NCBI RefSeq assembly: GCF_006345805.1 | Contig: NC_043011.1 | Coordinates: forward strand, 10,292,001 to 10,356,000 | Length of the DNA: 64,000 nt | Direction of reading: 5' to 3' | Origin: Octopus sinensis | Taxonomy: Eukaryota | In this document: piece by piece, positions 25,515 to 38,669 of the stretch | Position numbering within the stretch: the first letter of the stretch is position 1 | Layout of the letters: the number at the start of each line of letters is the position of its first letter | Program-made: the position numbers and the translations under genes | Notes under the pieces: model-generated | Told to the model about the DNA's origin: nothing | Databases searched by the model: none | The model's input: the letters and a program-made list of their open reading frames with translations, nothing else

Positions 25515-27340
25515 TGATGATTTCTTCTTTTTGGCCGCAAGGGCCCAAAACATGGAGGACAATAACAAATGACAAGATACAACACACAACACAGGTTTAC
25601 ATCAATCAAAGGGAGACCCTACATCAAAGAATATAACAAAGGATATATAAATACAAGTTAGAGAAATAAATAATAAATAAATAAATAAATAAAATCCCGA
25701 AGAGCAGAGCATTCCACTTTGGATAATTCAGGGTAAATCCCAAGCAAAAATCCCCAGATTACAATCCCCAAGGCATGGGAAGTGCCCACTTGCAGTTTCT
25801 TTCCTCCTGCCAAGAAAAGCATAATCAGAGTCGACCCATTCTGTCTCACCAGCCTCGCTACTCTTGGCCCATCTTTTGATAAACACACTAAATGGCAGCA
25901 TCTCCGTCTCCACCCTCACTTTCCTCTTCAAATAATATTTGAAGAAATTGATGAGAGTTTGGCTGGATAGGAAAGTGCCTGTCTTCAAACCTTTCAGACT
26001 GGTCCGTCACACCTCTCTTTTGCCACAGACACTAAGCAGAGAAAGATTTGCCTCCCTTCGCTGTTAAAGGAAGGCAATACATTGATCTTCACAATAAACT
26101 TGGTGGACAGTTGAATTTATCTTACATGAGACAGCAGCTGCTCAACACAAGTCCACAAGTCTTTAATTCACAGGTACTGAATGATGGCATGATGGACAGT
26201 TTCATCCCCCGTGTGCATTTCAGGCAGGTTCAGCTGTTGGCACTTCCATGCCTGAAGAGCTTGCCTCAAACAGGCAATGATCTCCCATAGCATTGCCATG
26301 TGCAAGGCTTTTGGAAATTGTCCAAGATCTTTGACCTGAGAGTCCTCCAAAAAACACCATTCACACTGATCTCGTCAATACCCAAAGTCAATCCAAGGCC
26401 ACCATCGCACACACACTCAACTATTCCCCTATAGAAATCTTGGGTTGTTTTCCCACTAATGACTTTGTCCAGCTCATACAATTCAGTGAGTGCCTAGCAA
26501 CATTCAAGATGGCAAATGCCCAATCATGGACCCATGACTGCAGTTCCATCAATGAGATGAGCAGCAGAAAGAAGGACATCCACACCCGTCCACTCTTGTT
26601 CTCATCCCCGCAATTCCCACCATCACAGTGATCTAGACAGGTGATCTGCAGGTGTGTCAGCTTCAATGTGTGGCACTACATCACCAAAGATGGCATTGCA
26701 AGACTATCACAGAGTGGGTGTTGACAGTAGAGGAACTTTCTGACCAGTGGAACTTGACCCTTTCAAACGAATCCCCAAAGCAAATGCTCCAACCTGGTTA
26801 GAGTTTTCTTGGGACAAGGTACAATGGCTAGTCAGTAGTACACTACTGAGGGGATGTATGCATTCACTACTTACACCTGGCCTTTCAGAGATACCTTTTT
26901 TATTATCTATTTCCGGGTGAGCTTGGCCACCCTGACCGTGACCTCTTTCCATTTCCTATCTACTTGGAGATCTGGCCTGAACCAGACTCCAAACACTTTC
27001 ATTGGATCCTCTGTCCAGCAGCTGAAATTGCCACTAGTCCACACGGACTTGCCTCTCCAAGAGACAAGTTGCAACCGACTGATTTGTTCTGGTTTATGTC
27101 TGCGGCTATACATGCCTGATATTCTTTCAGTACAGAGTTAATCATTTCTATATTTGAAGAGTTTGACACCATGACAGCGACGTTGTCTGCATATGCAGAC
27201 ACAGCTCTCTTGTGGACAAGTTCCAGCGGGATACCTTTGAAATTCTTCAGCCTTCACAGCACAGGTTCTAATGCTAAAACATATAAAAGCAAGGAGAGGA
27301 GGCATTCTTGGTGAATAAAGCATTCAATACTGAAAAGTTC
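25515..27340 (-). mobile_element. Tx1/L1-clade LINE 3' fragment (RT domain 5 onward, zinc knuckle, 3'UTR)
   Basis: SAYADNVAV..INQNKSVG; MKVFGVWF..WKEVTVRVAKL..; GDETVHHAI knuckle remnant; FFKYYLKRKVRVE..FIKRW. Many frameshifts. Confidence 0.75.
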
Positions 27341-27419
27341 CGAGAGGTGGCCATTTAATTTAATGACTGAGCAGATGCCATTCAAGATGGGACTAAAACT
27401 GACAGCTTTTAGAACAGCC

Positions 27420-27600
27420 ACCAGATAGTGGGGGGAAGGGGTAAGATGAGAACATCAGCCCCAGCACTCAACTGCTACTTATTTTATTCATTCCAAAAGA
27501 ATGAAAAGCAAAGTCAACCCAAGCAGAATTTGAACTCGGTGAGTAATGGGTAAAATGCCATCAAAGCATTTTGTCAAGCAAGCTAACAATACTGCCAGCT
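27420..27600 (-). mobile_element. SINE family B
   Basis: Reverse complement of the family B head and body. Confidence 0.7.
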
Positions 27601-27619
27601 CAACATGTAAACAACAACA

Positions 27620-28385
27620 ACAACAAAATGAAACCATTGATCATATTGTCTCCAAGTGCAGTCTTCCTGTGCCTACAGAGTATCTCAACAGGCATGATAG
27701 AGCTGCACAATATATTCACCGGATAATTTGCAAAAACCTGGACTTGCCCCATGATAAAAACTGGTGGGAACACAAACCACCCCCAGTGCTTGAAAATGAC
27801 CACATCTCACTCCTCTGGAACTTCACCATTCAAACTGGAAGAAAGATTGATGCAAATAGGCCAGACATCACATTGAAAAACTTCAGAGAAAACTCATGCC
27901 TCCTCATTGATATGACTGTCACAATCGATATAAACGTATCTGTCAGGACCTACCAAAAACTGAGCAAATATAAAGATCTTGAAATAGAAATCAGCAAAAT
28001 GTGGAACCTGAAGACTAAAACAATACCTGTTGTCATAGGTGCCCTGGGAAAGATAGCAAAAGGAGCTGATTGCTACCTAGCTCAGATACCAGGAAACCAC
28101 AAAATGGAAGAAGTTCAAAAGATAGCGCTCATGAGAACTGCCCATATCCTATGTAAAATACTTTCTATGTAATCTCAAATTTGAAAACAAACACATAATT
28201 TTCTTATGGTTTCTTAAACCTTCACTACTACAACACTAAGTACAAAACCAAATATGTGGCACCCTAGGCATAACACCAACATGAACTTCCAACTTGTCTC
28301 TTGAGGTCTCTGGGTGAGACATGGAGCCAACTTGTACAGATGTAAAGCCAAAGTCAAACAAATAATAATAATAACAACAACAATG
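27620..28385 (+). mobile_element. R4/Dong-type 3' fragment, uninterrupted RLE ORF remnant, 3'UTR and TAA tail
   Basis: ETIDHIVSKC..RHDRAAQYIH..LLWNFTIQT..DANRPDI..IDMTV..KLSKYKDLEIEISKMW..IPVVIGALG..TAHILCKILSM* (stop at 28172); CAA repeat at the 5' side, (TAA)n near 28362. Confidence 0.9.
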
Positions 28386-28989
28386 TTGTGAGTGGTTGTA
28401 CAAGAGTCATACTTAAAATGAAAGATCTTAGCTATGCATCATGGTGATGACTTGCCCTAATACTTCCATAGTTAACAGCTCCAATTAGAAATAGCTTTGC
28501 CTTTAGTTGAGGGCAGTCATGAGTGCTGAGTACAATGACCTTTGTTGTAGCAGAGGAATCAGTCCCAATTTTAAATCCCACATAGATAAATTATCCTTTA
28601 AATAGTTTAGTCAAAGAAGGTAGATCAGCAGCCATAAGCTTTTTGCCGGGTTGTATAAGATTGGCAGCAAGTGGAGGGAAATTCTCTTGAAACCAGAGGA
28701 TCAAAACCAAATGTTTACAATAAAGATTTTGTTAAAGGAACCCAAAGACTAAGTTGCAGAATGCAGATGCTAAATCCACAGACTACAGAATACATAACCA
28801 TTGGCTGCAGAGTGTGGAAGCTAAATACATAGACCAGTGTGTCGATGCTGGTTAGATATACCACAGTGTGAAAGTGCTCTCCATCCCTCTGGGATGGATA
28901 AAAAGTACCAGTTATATACTGGGATTGATCTAATCCATATAACTTTGCGGTCTCATGCCAATATAACAATTTATTATTATTATTATTAT

Positions 28990-29041
<52 letters not shown>

Positions 29042-30022
29042 ATCATCCTCATCATTATTATTTATCAAAATAATGTTTATGCTATTTCAATGTGAACCTT
29101 GTATCATCAGAAGATGGAACAGATGTGCTGCCAACTGGTCAGACTTTGCAACATCTGAAAGCCAACATCTTGTTATTTTAAAGATTATCATCTCTTTAGG
29201 ATATTTATTTATAAATCTACTTTGAAGATCTTCTGCGTGTGTGTGTGTGTGTGTGTGTAAAATGGAGTCTCAGGGCTGAATATATATTTATACACGCATG
29301 CAAGTTAATGGTGTGTATATTAGTGCATGCATGGGTGTGAATTTTCGTAGTGTATATTAGTACACTCGTAGCAGAGATGCTGAGTGCAACAAAATAAGGA
29401 ACACCCTCTCTTTCTCTCCCACCCCTCTCTATTGCCCTTTTAAGGCTAGTGTATATAGGGGAAACCTCAGCCCCTAAAACTGTGATAAACTGTTACCAAG
29501 TTAACAATATAATTGAGTGGAATCTGTGAAAGAATATCAAGATGTTTTTAACAAACCATTTACAATGAATGTAGTTGTTATAGCCTCAACAAACACACCA
29601 ACAATCAGAGTCAAAGAGATTCCACCAACAAATGCCATCATTTTTTCTGGTTATCCACAATTATTCCTTGTTAACAATGGCAGTTTTAAATGGTAAATCT
29701 CCAGAAAACTGTTCTAAATCTACCAAGTTAATAACACTGATGTTGAGTGATTACTAAATACAATTCTCTGGCTTTAGATTGAAACAATCCAGTTCCTAAG
29801 GTTGAACAAATAGAACAAAAAACAACAATGAAAAAATTGAAAAAGAGAGATAAAAATCAATACTTATATTTGTAGACATATATATATCTTACATACAAAT
29901 GATAAGTATCATATATATATTTATATATGTATAAATGTGTGTGTGCGTATGTATTGTTGATGTTCTGAGAATAAAGCATTTAAATATTGGTTTGAAAACC
30001 GTTTTGAATCGAAAAAGTCAAA

Positions 30023-30094
30023 GGCTGCCCCTGGGATTCGAACCTCCATTTCCTGTAGACATGACTAGCATTCTACCATTGGACCAAAACATCC
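30023..30094 (-). pseudogene. 72-nt tRNA-like relic (pseudogene or isolated SINE head)
   Basis: A box TGGTCCAATGG and B box GGTTCGAATCC at tRNA spacing, but stems are mismatched. Confidence 0.45.
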
Positions 30095-30229
30095 TTTCAA
30101 AATTCGGTACCCATTTTAGAATTGTTGTTGAAGTCATGAATTTCTCAGCTTTCAAAACATGGAATAATTGTTTTGAAATTGGATCTTGAAGAGCAAATAA
30201 ACTTCTGAACCATTTGACCATACTGATCA

Positions 30230-30500
30230 TCATCATCATCATCATCATTACTTAACGTCTGTTGTCCATACTGGCATGGGTTGGACAGTTTGACCAGGGC
30301 TGGCAAGCTGAGAGGCCACACCAGACTTCAATCTGGTTTGGTATGGTTTCTACGGTTACCTCCAATATATATCTTTTATCTTTTCTTTTACTGTACCAAA
30401 TCCACTCACAAGGTATTGGTTAGCCTGAGGTTGTAGTAGAAGACACTTGCCCAGGGTGCCACACAGAGGGGCTGAACCTGAAACCACATAGCCTACACCT
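30230..30500 (-). mobile_element. Family C tail joined to a family A SINE head
   Basis: CATGGGTTGGACAGTTTGACC.. segment followed by CAAATCCACTCACAAGG..GACACTTGCCCAGGGTGCC. Confidence 0.7.
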
Positions 30501-30869
30501 TTACATACATATATGTATGAGAGACAGACAGACAGACAGATGGACATAGGTCAGTGGGTGGGTACTCATTTCATCTGTTGCAAAGTCTGATGGCCAGGAA
30601 ATTAAATCAAACAAAATGATAATATTTCTCGATTCTCCATAGATTATTTATTTTAGCTGCCAACATTCTGTTCCATATATTCGATGGCAGACAATAGCTC
30701 TGTTTAATTTAATATCACAGTTAGGACTGAACAGTTTTCACAGCCAACCATTTGATAATTTCCTAACTCCCCTTGTTTAACAAAAATCAAAAACTCACAA
30801 CTTGAAGAACTTTATAAAATAATTCCTGATGATTTTTAGCAATAAACCCGGTTTCAGAATTATTGGTTC

Positions 30870-31110
30870 TGGTACCACTAAAGTCCATAAAATGGCATAG
30901 TATCCATTTATCAGAAATTGGGGCTGGTGAAGTTGGAAGAATTCTCTAACAACCACTTCTGAGTCTTTCTGGAGGTACAGTAAGGAGCTGAACCCTGCAG
31001 CTACAAATATAGCCTTCCTGCAGCAACCATTTCCAACCAGGGATTCACCACAGTCTCCAGCAGCTTCACATAGCTGTCTGCATTGTTAGAAATTAACATC
31101 TGAGACAGGG
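30870..31110 (-). pseudogene. Tc1/mariner transposase DDD-domain relic
   Basis: Minus translation NADSYVKLLETVVNPWLEMVAAGRLYL*LQGSAPYCTSRKTQKWLLENSSNFTSPNF, matching the QQD.AP.H...W region of Tc1/mariner. Confidence 0.75.
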
Positions 31111-31839
31111 GTAGGGTGGGCCTCAAAATGTAAGATGTGAACCTAAGTAGCAAAATGGTGAAGGAATTAATGGAATTAATGATATTATTGTGTCTGGCAT
31201 GTCAACTGGTTTAGAAAACTGATGCTTCAGTTGAAAAACTGAAAGAAAAGAAGAAGTGGAGATATACTCTCAATTTAATTCCTTAAAATGAGAGCAATAT
31301 ATAGAAATGTGTTGACGAATGAAGCTATATACCAACCTATTATGTATTATAATGTCAGAAGACTTGGAACAACTCAACAAGAATGGATCGAGCAAAATCA
31401 AGTAGGAATGTAGTATTGTATTGGAATGAAGTGTAAAATTTAATGTAATATTAATGATATTGTTGAAGGAATTCACATGAGAAAATCTATTGGTAATGAA
31501 CAGGTGATGAGAAAGAATGACAAGTGCTAGGTTAAAAGTGTCACAAGATGCTAGAGAGACATTGAAGGCAACAGACGAAATTAAATGTTCAAAGTGGTGA
31601 AGGTTTATATTTGGTGTGATAAATGATGGTTGCTGAAATACCAGAGACTTTATCAACAATTCTAGATTTTCTGTCAGTTTGAAATTTTAAGTATTTCAAC
31701 ACACAGAGAGTTTTTATTTTTTTAAACATAAAAATGAAAAAAAATAAAACTTTAAAATTTATTTATTGTTACATGTATAAAAACACAGTTGTGAGGAAAT
31801 ATTCCATATTATAGTTGATACTATAAAAATACTCAGAGA

Positions 31840-32030
31840 GATATTCCACAGATAAATATATTGCACAGATAGATATATATCTTGCATAGATAAATATATA
31901 CCACATAGATAAATAGATATCCACAGATAAATAGATATTCCACAGATAAATATATTGCTGATAGCTAGATGTTATGCATAGATAAACAGATATTGCATAG
32001 ATAGGTTCATATCTTGTAGATAAATTCCAC

Positions 32031-32035
<5 letters not shown>
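31840..32035. repeat. Degenerate ~20-bp minisatellite (ATATTCCACAGATAAATAG-like)
   Basis: About nine diverged copies of the CA(C/T)AGATAAAT core. Confidence 0.75.
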
Positions 32036-32104
<69 letters not shown>

Positions 32105-32109
<5 letters not shown>

Positions 32110-32223
32110 TGTGATCACTGTGACCGACCAGGTTATCAGATGTTGCTACACATCGCTGGTCACAATGCTCTTCGCATTGTTTTAGCCTTCAAATGACGTC
32201 ACCCCGCTGGCTAAGCGAGCAGG

Positions 32224-32227
<4 letters not shown>
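32105..32227 (-). mobile_element. ~120-bp CpG-retaining fragment between (TA)n arrays, probable SINE 3' end
   Basis: CACTGTGATCACTGTGACCGACCAGG..GCTGGCTAAGCGAGCAGGCC bounded by TA arrays. SINE identity and strand are from recall. Confidence 0.4.
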
Positions 32228-32261
<34 letters not shown>

Positions 32262-32991
32262 TATTCTACAGATAAACTTCAGATATATATATATATATAT
32301 TGCCTCAGACGAATGAGAGGGTTGAAAATCTATATGAGCAGGATCTTTAAGGACAAATTTAATAACATGCTGCTTGTGGTTGATCCCTATCTATCATTTC
32401 TGCTAAATGCCTTTTTAAATATAAAATGTCTCTCCAGGGAATTGAACAACACTGGACTTCTGTGTGAAAGGCAATAGACACTTACCACTATGCCACCATA
32501 GAGACTACAAAGTAAAAACGTTGAAGAATGTTTCAGTGAAATGTTGCTTGGTTGGTTAATAGTGAGTAAGTGTATGGTAGATTTAAGCTGGGGTACTTTG
32601 GGTGGTACCCCAAGACATAATAACACATGAACATTTTTCAGAAAAGTTTAGTTTCTGTATATCAATAGAGTAATGTTGATGATGATGATACTGATGATGA
32701 AGAAGAGAAAATTCAAAACCAACTTCAAAATACAAACCAAGTAACCACCAGCAGTAATCAATTAATGCAATTTAATTTATGGTCCTTGAATAAATCCAAT
32801 ATTCCTAATCCAAGTATTATTATAGAGATTACAAATGATAATACAAAAAAAAAAGAATTAATATATATAGAAAAAGACTGTTTAAAAACAGCTAAAACAA
32901 GAATTTGAAAGAGAAAAAAATGAAGGAACAGAATGATCAATATATTAGACAAGTTATCAATAGTGGTGGAAAGGAAATCAAATAGACACAC

Positions 32992-33043
<52 letters not shown>

Positions 33044-33420
33044 CACCTGATGGCAAAAGTAGATCCTACTCTATGAATAAACAAAAATCAATCAGCTTCC
33101 TCAAGATTATATTTATCTCATATCGGTTAATGACAATGTTTGGAATTCAGATGACAAATTTCTGAGAACATTTCAGAAATTCTACAAAAGTTAAGAAAAA
33201 GAAAACATTTGAAATGAAGAAAATATAAAATGTAAAAGATGAAAAAAAGAAAAAGAAAAGCAAGTAATTTTCTATTTGGAACTGAGAATAGCTCAATAAT
33301 TTATCAATTTTATGTAATTGAAGTGGATCTCAAGTGTTAGGAAACTGTGAGTTGAGTCAATAAACTTTTTAAGTGGAATTCCTAAAGATGATAATGATGA
33401 TGATGATGATGATGATAATC

Positions 33421-33472
<52 letters not shown>

Positions 33473-33484
33473 ATATAATGATGC

Positions 33485-34015
33485 AGTGCCAGGCAGTGGC
33501 TCTCATGGCTTTTGATCTTAACTGATTGGAACTGTTATCATGTACATTGTTTTGTCTTCGTATAAAAGATGGGCTACAGCAAATATTCTGCTCAATACCA
33601 CAGATTTGCTTGTCAGGTGTTTGACCTTAACCAGTTGAGCATGTCCCTTAGTGGCTGACGATATGTGCGTCTCTGATCATGAGCAGAGGTAGCGGGGGAG
33701 CATCATAGCCAAGTGCTGAGAGGTATTCCTTGGGGTTTGGATGACTCACCTTTGGAAACATAGGTGGTTTGTTCAACATCCTTAAACAACCCTTATTCAG
33801 AGACCTTTTGAGTGGGATGAGCTACTCGACCTGAACAAAATTCTAACTGGACTCCACCTGCAAGATCATGTGCTGTTTATCTTGATATGAGATTACCATG
33901 TCACGCACATATGGTTGTGATGCATGTGCCTGGTGTACCCTTATCAGACGGGTAGTCTTGATGGGTATACTGGGCTTCATATATTTTACCCCAGTGTCAC
34001 TTTGATGGCATGTGC
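33485..34015 (+). repeat. Near-complete ~530-bp non-coding interspersed element
   Basis: Homologous to 1-352; preceded by a (GAT)n(TAA)n array at 33390-33480; no tRNA boxes or ORF seen. Confidence 0.8.
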
Positions 34016-35925
34016 TGTTCTAGACAAAGTTGTCATGAAGAACTGTAAACAGTACCAAAAAAGCTTGCATACAGCCTGGATAGACTTTAAAAAGGCTTAT
34101 GACCTGTTGCTGCATTTGTGGATTTTGGAAACACTTGACATGTGTGGAATAGCTGAGAACGTGTGTGCACTGATCAAGAACAGTATGCTGAGTTGGAAAA
34201 CACCTCTTTTCTGTAACAACCAGCACTTAGCTGAGGTATCAATCAAAAGAAGTATCTTCCAGAGAGATTCTTGTTCATCTTTGTTATTTGTTATAGCCTT
34301 GGTCCAACTTTCTGTAGTCCTATGCAAAAACAGTGCGCACTATGAACTGAGAAAGAATGGACATCATCTTGACGACCTTCTCTTCATGTATGATTTAAAA
34401 CTATTCGCAAAAACAGAGCCTGAAATGAAGAGGCTGGTTGAAACTGTACAGATATGCAACAAAGATATAGGGATGGAATTTGTTGTCTCGAAGTGAGTAG
34501 TGCTCACTTTGAAATGGGGGAAAAGAGCAGATTGTAAGGGCATAGAATTGCCAAATGGAGAGAGAATGGAAGACCCAGATGATGATGGGTACAAGTACCT
34601 TGGGATCCTGGAGCTGGACAATATTTTGCACAGAGAAATGAAAGACAAAGTCATCATTGCATATTTGAAGTACCTCAAACTTCTCTTGAAATTAATGATC
34701 AACTCAAGGAACCTTGTAATTGCCATCAACATATGGGCTGTTGCTGTAGTCTGCTAAAGTGCCCCCATCTCGAAATGGACATGAGCGAAGATTGACCAAC
34801 TCAATCACACAACCTGAAAGACAATGACATTGTATGGTGCTCTCCACCCTAAGGTGAACATACACAGGCTCTACACGAAAAGGTATAAAGGTGGACGTAG
34901 GCTGATTAGCATACGAGAGTGCATCAACAGCGAAAGAAGAAATATGGCAGAGTATTTTGTAAATAGCAAACAAGACCTGCTACAGTATGCTGCTAATGCA
35001 GAAAGATTTGCCAAAAATGGACTTGAGAGGGCTGGATATCCAATGAGAGAGAAGAAACTCTACTTCGCATGGAATTACAAGGTGAGTCCCACCGTGAAAC
35101 TAACAACTTAAAAGACCTGGAAGAAGCATCATGGAGGTGGCCCAGCAAGGGTGACCTAAAAAGAGAAGACTGGAAACCTAGTCATTGCTGCTTAGGATCA
35201 GGCATTGAATACCGACTCAGTAAAAAGAGATATATACCACACAAGGGCAACGAACCTCTGAAGAATGCGTGGGAAGATGGTTGAAAGCATGGCTCACATT
35301 GTTGATGCTTGCGAAAGTCTCGCGCAGAAAGAGTACAAGTGTAGACATAACAAGGTAGCATAAAACCGTCACTGGATACTATGCTGGAAGTATGGATACG
35401 AGGTAATTGGTGCTCGGTACCAACATACACCAGAAAAGGTAATGAATGAAAAAGGAAAGGCAAAAATCCTCTGGAACTTTTCACTTCCAAACAGACATGT
35501 TAGAGGTATAGTAACCAGATATAGGAACCTTTAGGAGGAACAAACAAGAGTACCTAATAATCGATGTGGCAGTACCAGGAGATCAACATATTCTCATAAA
35601 AGAAAGAGAAAAGATCGATAAATATGGGGACCCGAGAACTGAGATGGCCAAGATGTGGTTAGGGTACAAGAGTCAAATATTAAGGTTGACCCTATTGTCA
35701 TCTGGAAACTTTAGAAATACCCTACAATCTAGGTGTATTGTAAAAATTGGCATTACTTGGAACTGCACGCATATCACATAAATTACTGTCTGTCAGAGGT
35801 CCTTGTTGTGACTTGACAGACAGTACCATCTCCTGGTAGACACAATACATTCAATCAACAACATCATGGTATTCAATATTGTGCAATGTCTTAAATAATA
35901 ATGATAATAATAATTATAATAATAA
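34015..35925 (+). mobile_element. R4/Dong-type LINE fragment: RT, knuckle and RLE, disrupted
   Basis: AWIDFKKAYD..IKRSIFQRDS..LLF..DDLLFMYDLKLFAK..YKYLGILE; LYTKRYKGGRRLISI; KAKILWNF..IDVAVPGD..KIDKYGD; TAA tail ~35895-35925. Confidence 0.9.
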
Positions 35926-35949
35926 TAAGCTAAGAAAGAATATTGAGTA

Positions 35950-37825
35950 GAGACAGTGAACACATCTGAAACATACTGGGACAGTCATAGAGGAAGGGAA
36001 CACAAAAAGCAGAAAATATTACAGAATCAGTCCAGCATAACCAGTAAAGAACTGCTCAACACGTTGAATACACACACAGGAAATTGTAAAGAAGCTGGAA
36101 TTGACAAGGACTCCAAATAATGGTTTAAGTACTTGGCCAATATCCAAAGTTTATATGGCCGCAGTATATGGGGAAGCGATAAGCTGAACTGAATCAACCC
36201 TTAATCAACTGCTTGAGGGGAAAACAACATTAAGTGCCACCCCTAAAAATAACAGATTTTCCAAAATTTTAGGTTTATGACATGCTTCACAACAACAAAG
36301 AAAGCTTTGACTGTAGAACAGGTTGGTTAAGCACTCAGAGATTAATATAGTAACATGAGGAACATAAAGGGTACCAAAAGCCAAATAATTATAGAAGGCT
36401 GTGAAAAAGTGGGAAACAAACTTTAGCACTGACTGGATTGATTACCATAAAGCATTTTGATAACATTCCACACTCCAAGATACTGGAGACTCTTTACATG
36501 GGAAAGCAACCCCGATCCTGATAAAAGGCATGAGCCATGCCATGTCAGAATGGAAAATAAGCATAATATTCCACTACAAGGCATAGAAGAGATCATTAAA
36601 ATCAGTTTTGTGTCAATAATAAGAGGAATCTTTCATGGAAATTCATTATTTCTTCTATCTTTGGTCTGGCATTGAATCCTTCCACAAATATCATCATCAT
36701 CATCATCATTATCGTTTAACATGTGTTGGATGGCTTGACAGGAACTGCTAAGACCAGGGAGCACACCAGGCTCCATAGTTTGATTTGGCTTGGTTTCTAT
36801 GGTTACTGGATGCCCTTCCTAATACCAACCACTCCACAGAGTGTACTGGGTGCTTTTTATGTGGCACCAGCACTTTTTTTTTACATGGCACTAGCACCTA
36901 CACTAATGCACTTTACATGGTACTAGTACCTACACCAATGCTCTTTACATGGTACCTTGGTTTTAGGATCTCAGTTCTGTTGTGATGGGTAGCTCTTAAA
37001 ATCACCATTAAGTATAAATATAGCACATAAACTAGAAAACTTCTTCTTTATATGGATGGCTTGAAAACATCAAAAAGGAATAACACCCAGTTAGAAAAGT
37101 TACTAAAATTTGTTCAATTAAGAATTAAGAATGAGTATTGGTGGAGAGAAATGTACCGAAAATACTTCAATGATTAATTGAAACAGAGAACAACAGAGAC
37201 AGCAAAATCAAAGAATTAGACCAGAAACGGTCATAGAAATACTTAAGAACTAAATAAGTACAAACTAAGAACTAATTTTAAAAAAATATATATTTAGATA
37301 ATGAGAAAACAACAGAAATTGTTAAACAAGGAAAAGACAAAATTTAAACAGAATTCCAAGATATCCCCCCAAAAAAAAACCTTGAGAGAAAAACTTGTAC
37401 ATGGCCAAGATTCTGCAAGAATCAAGGAAGGTGTTGGAGGAGAGTGAAAACTGAAAATTACTCAAAAGTTCTAGGTTAAAAGCAGAAAAAGATATTTGAT
37501 TCAAGCCACACAGACAGAATGTCACACCACAAACTCGAAAAATAAAATAATGAAGACATCAAGTGAAAATTATACAATGATATGATTGACCCCCATCATG
37601 TCTAACTGTCTAGGGGGCATGTTTGCAAATATGGTAAAACCAGTGGCTATGTCCACTGGGCAATAATATGGCAACATATCAAAAGAATCAACAAGTGGCA
37701 TAAACTCTACATTACAAGAACCTAATCTCAATTATCTGGGACAGGCCCAGCTGGAACAGCAAAAGATCAAAGCAATAATCAATGCCAGAGAAAAATTGTG
37801 ATTCTCTTTAATAATAATAATAATA
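35950..37825 (+). mobile_element. Second, older R4/Dong-type RT-knuckle fossil interrupted by a family C element
   Basis: WIDYHK(AF)DNIPHS.ILETL (~36440), RGIFHGNSL (~36625), LLYMDGLK (~37040), knuckle-like remnant ~37580-37660, TAA tail at 37810. Confidence 0.7.
36690..36990 (-). mobile_element. RTE-tail short element (family C)
   Basis: CATCATCATTATCGTTTAACATGTG..GGATGCCCTTCCTAATACCAACCACTCC..GGTGCTTTTTATGTGGCACC. Confidence 0.75.
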
Positions 37826-37844
37826 ATGATGATGATGATAATTG

Positions 37845-37990
37845 TTTGTTATTTAGACACAAGGCCAATAATTTTAAGGGGGTTAGTTGATATCAATTCC
37901 AGCACTGACTCATAATTTATTTTACCAACACCAGAGGGATGAATGGCAAAGCTGAGCTGAGTGGGATTTGAACTCAAAACATAAAGAGTA
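37845..37990 (-). mobile_element. SINE family B, head-to-head with a family A copy
   Basis: Reverse complement of GAGTTCAAATCCC..CTTTGCCATTCATCC..GGCCTTGTGTCTAAA. Confidence 0.65.
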
Positions 37991-38171
37991 GGCGCAAGAG
38001 TGTCTGTGTGGTAAGTAGCTTGCCTACCAGCCACATGGTTCTGGGTTCAATCCCACTGCGTGGCACCTTGGGCAAGGGTCTTCTACTATAGCCTCAGGCT
38101 GACCAAAGCCTTGTGAGTGGATTTGGGAGTTGGAAACTGAAAGAAGCCTCTTGTATATATGTATATGTATG

Positions 38172-38212
<41 letters not shown>

Positions 38213-38385
38213 TTGTCCCCCCAACATTGCTTGACAACCGATGCTGGCAGTTCGGCAAAAGAGACCAATAGAATAAGTACTAGGCTTACAAAGAATAAGT
38301 CCTGGGGTTGATTTGTTCAACTAAAGGCGGTGCTCCAGCATGGCCGCAGTCAAATGACTGAAACAAGTAAAAGAGTAAAAGAGAG
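37991..38385 (+). mobile_element. SINE family A, young full-length copy
   Basis: Complete head, body and GGCGGTGCTCCAGCATGGCCGCAGTCAAATGACTGAAACAAGTAAAAGAG tail. Confidence 0.9.
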
Positions 38386-38669
38386 TCAAAACAAATGCAG
38401 CTAGACATTTTGTTCAATTTAACGAAGCCACCAAATTGCTTCTAAGATGTGAGGGGAAGTAATAAAAGTGGATTAAATTAACCCCAGAAGTTCAACCGAC
38501 CCTCAGCTATTGACAAGAGGCAAAGAAGGACCATCAAAGATATTCACAAATATTTTATTGACGCTTGGCAAAAATGAAAATTTTATGAGTTGATCTTCAT
38601 AGAATTTAAACTCAAAATCTAAAGGAACAAAACTAATTAATTAGTACAAGTTAATTAATCAACTGACCT

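Noticed and set aside
31270-31660. Possible decayed RT fragment or 129-aa minus ORF
   Set aside because: Only faint motif resemblance; no diagnostic motif readable.
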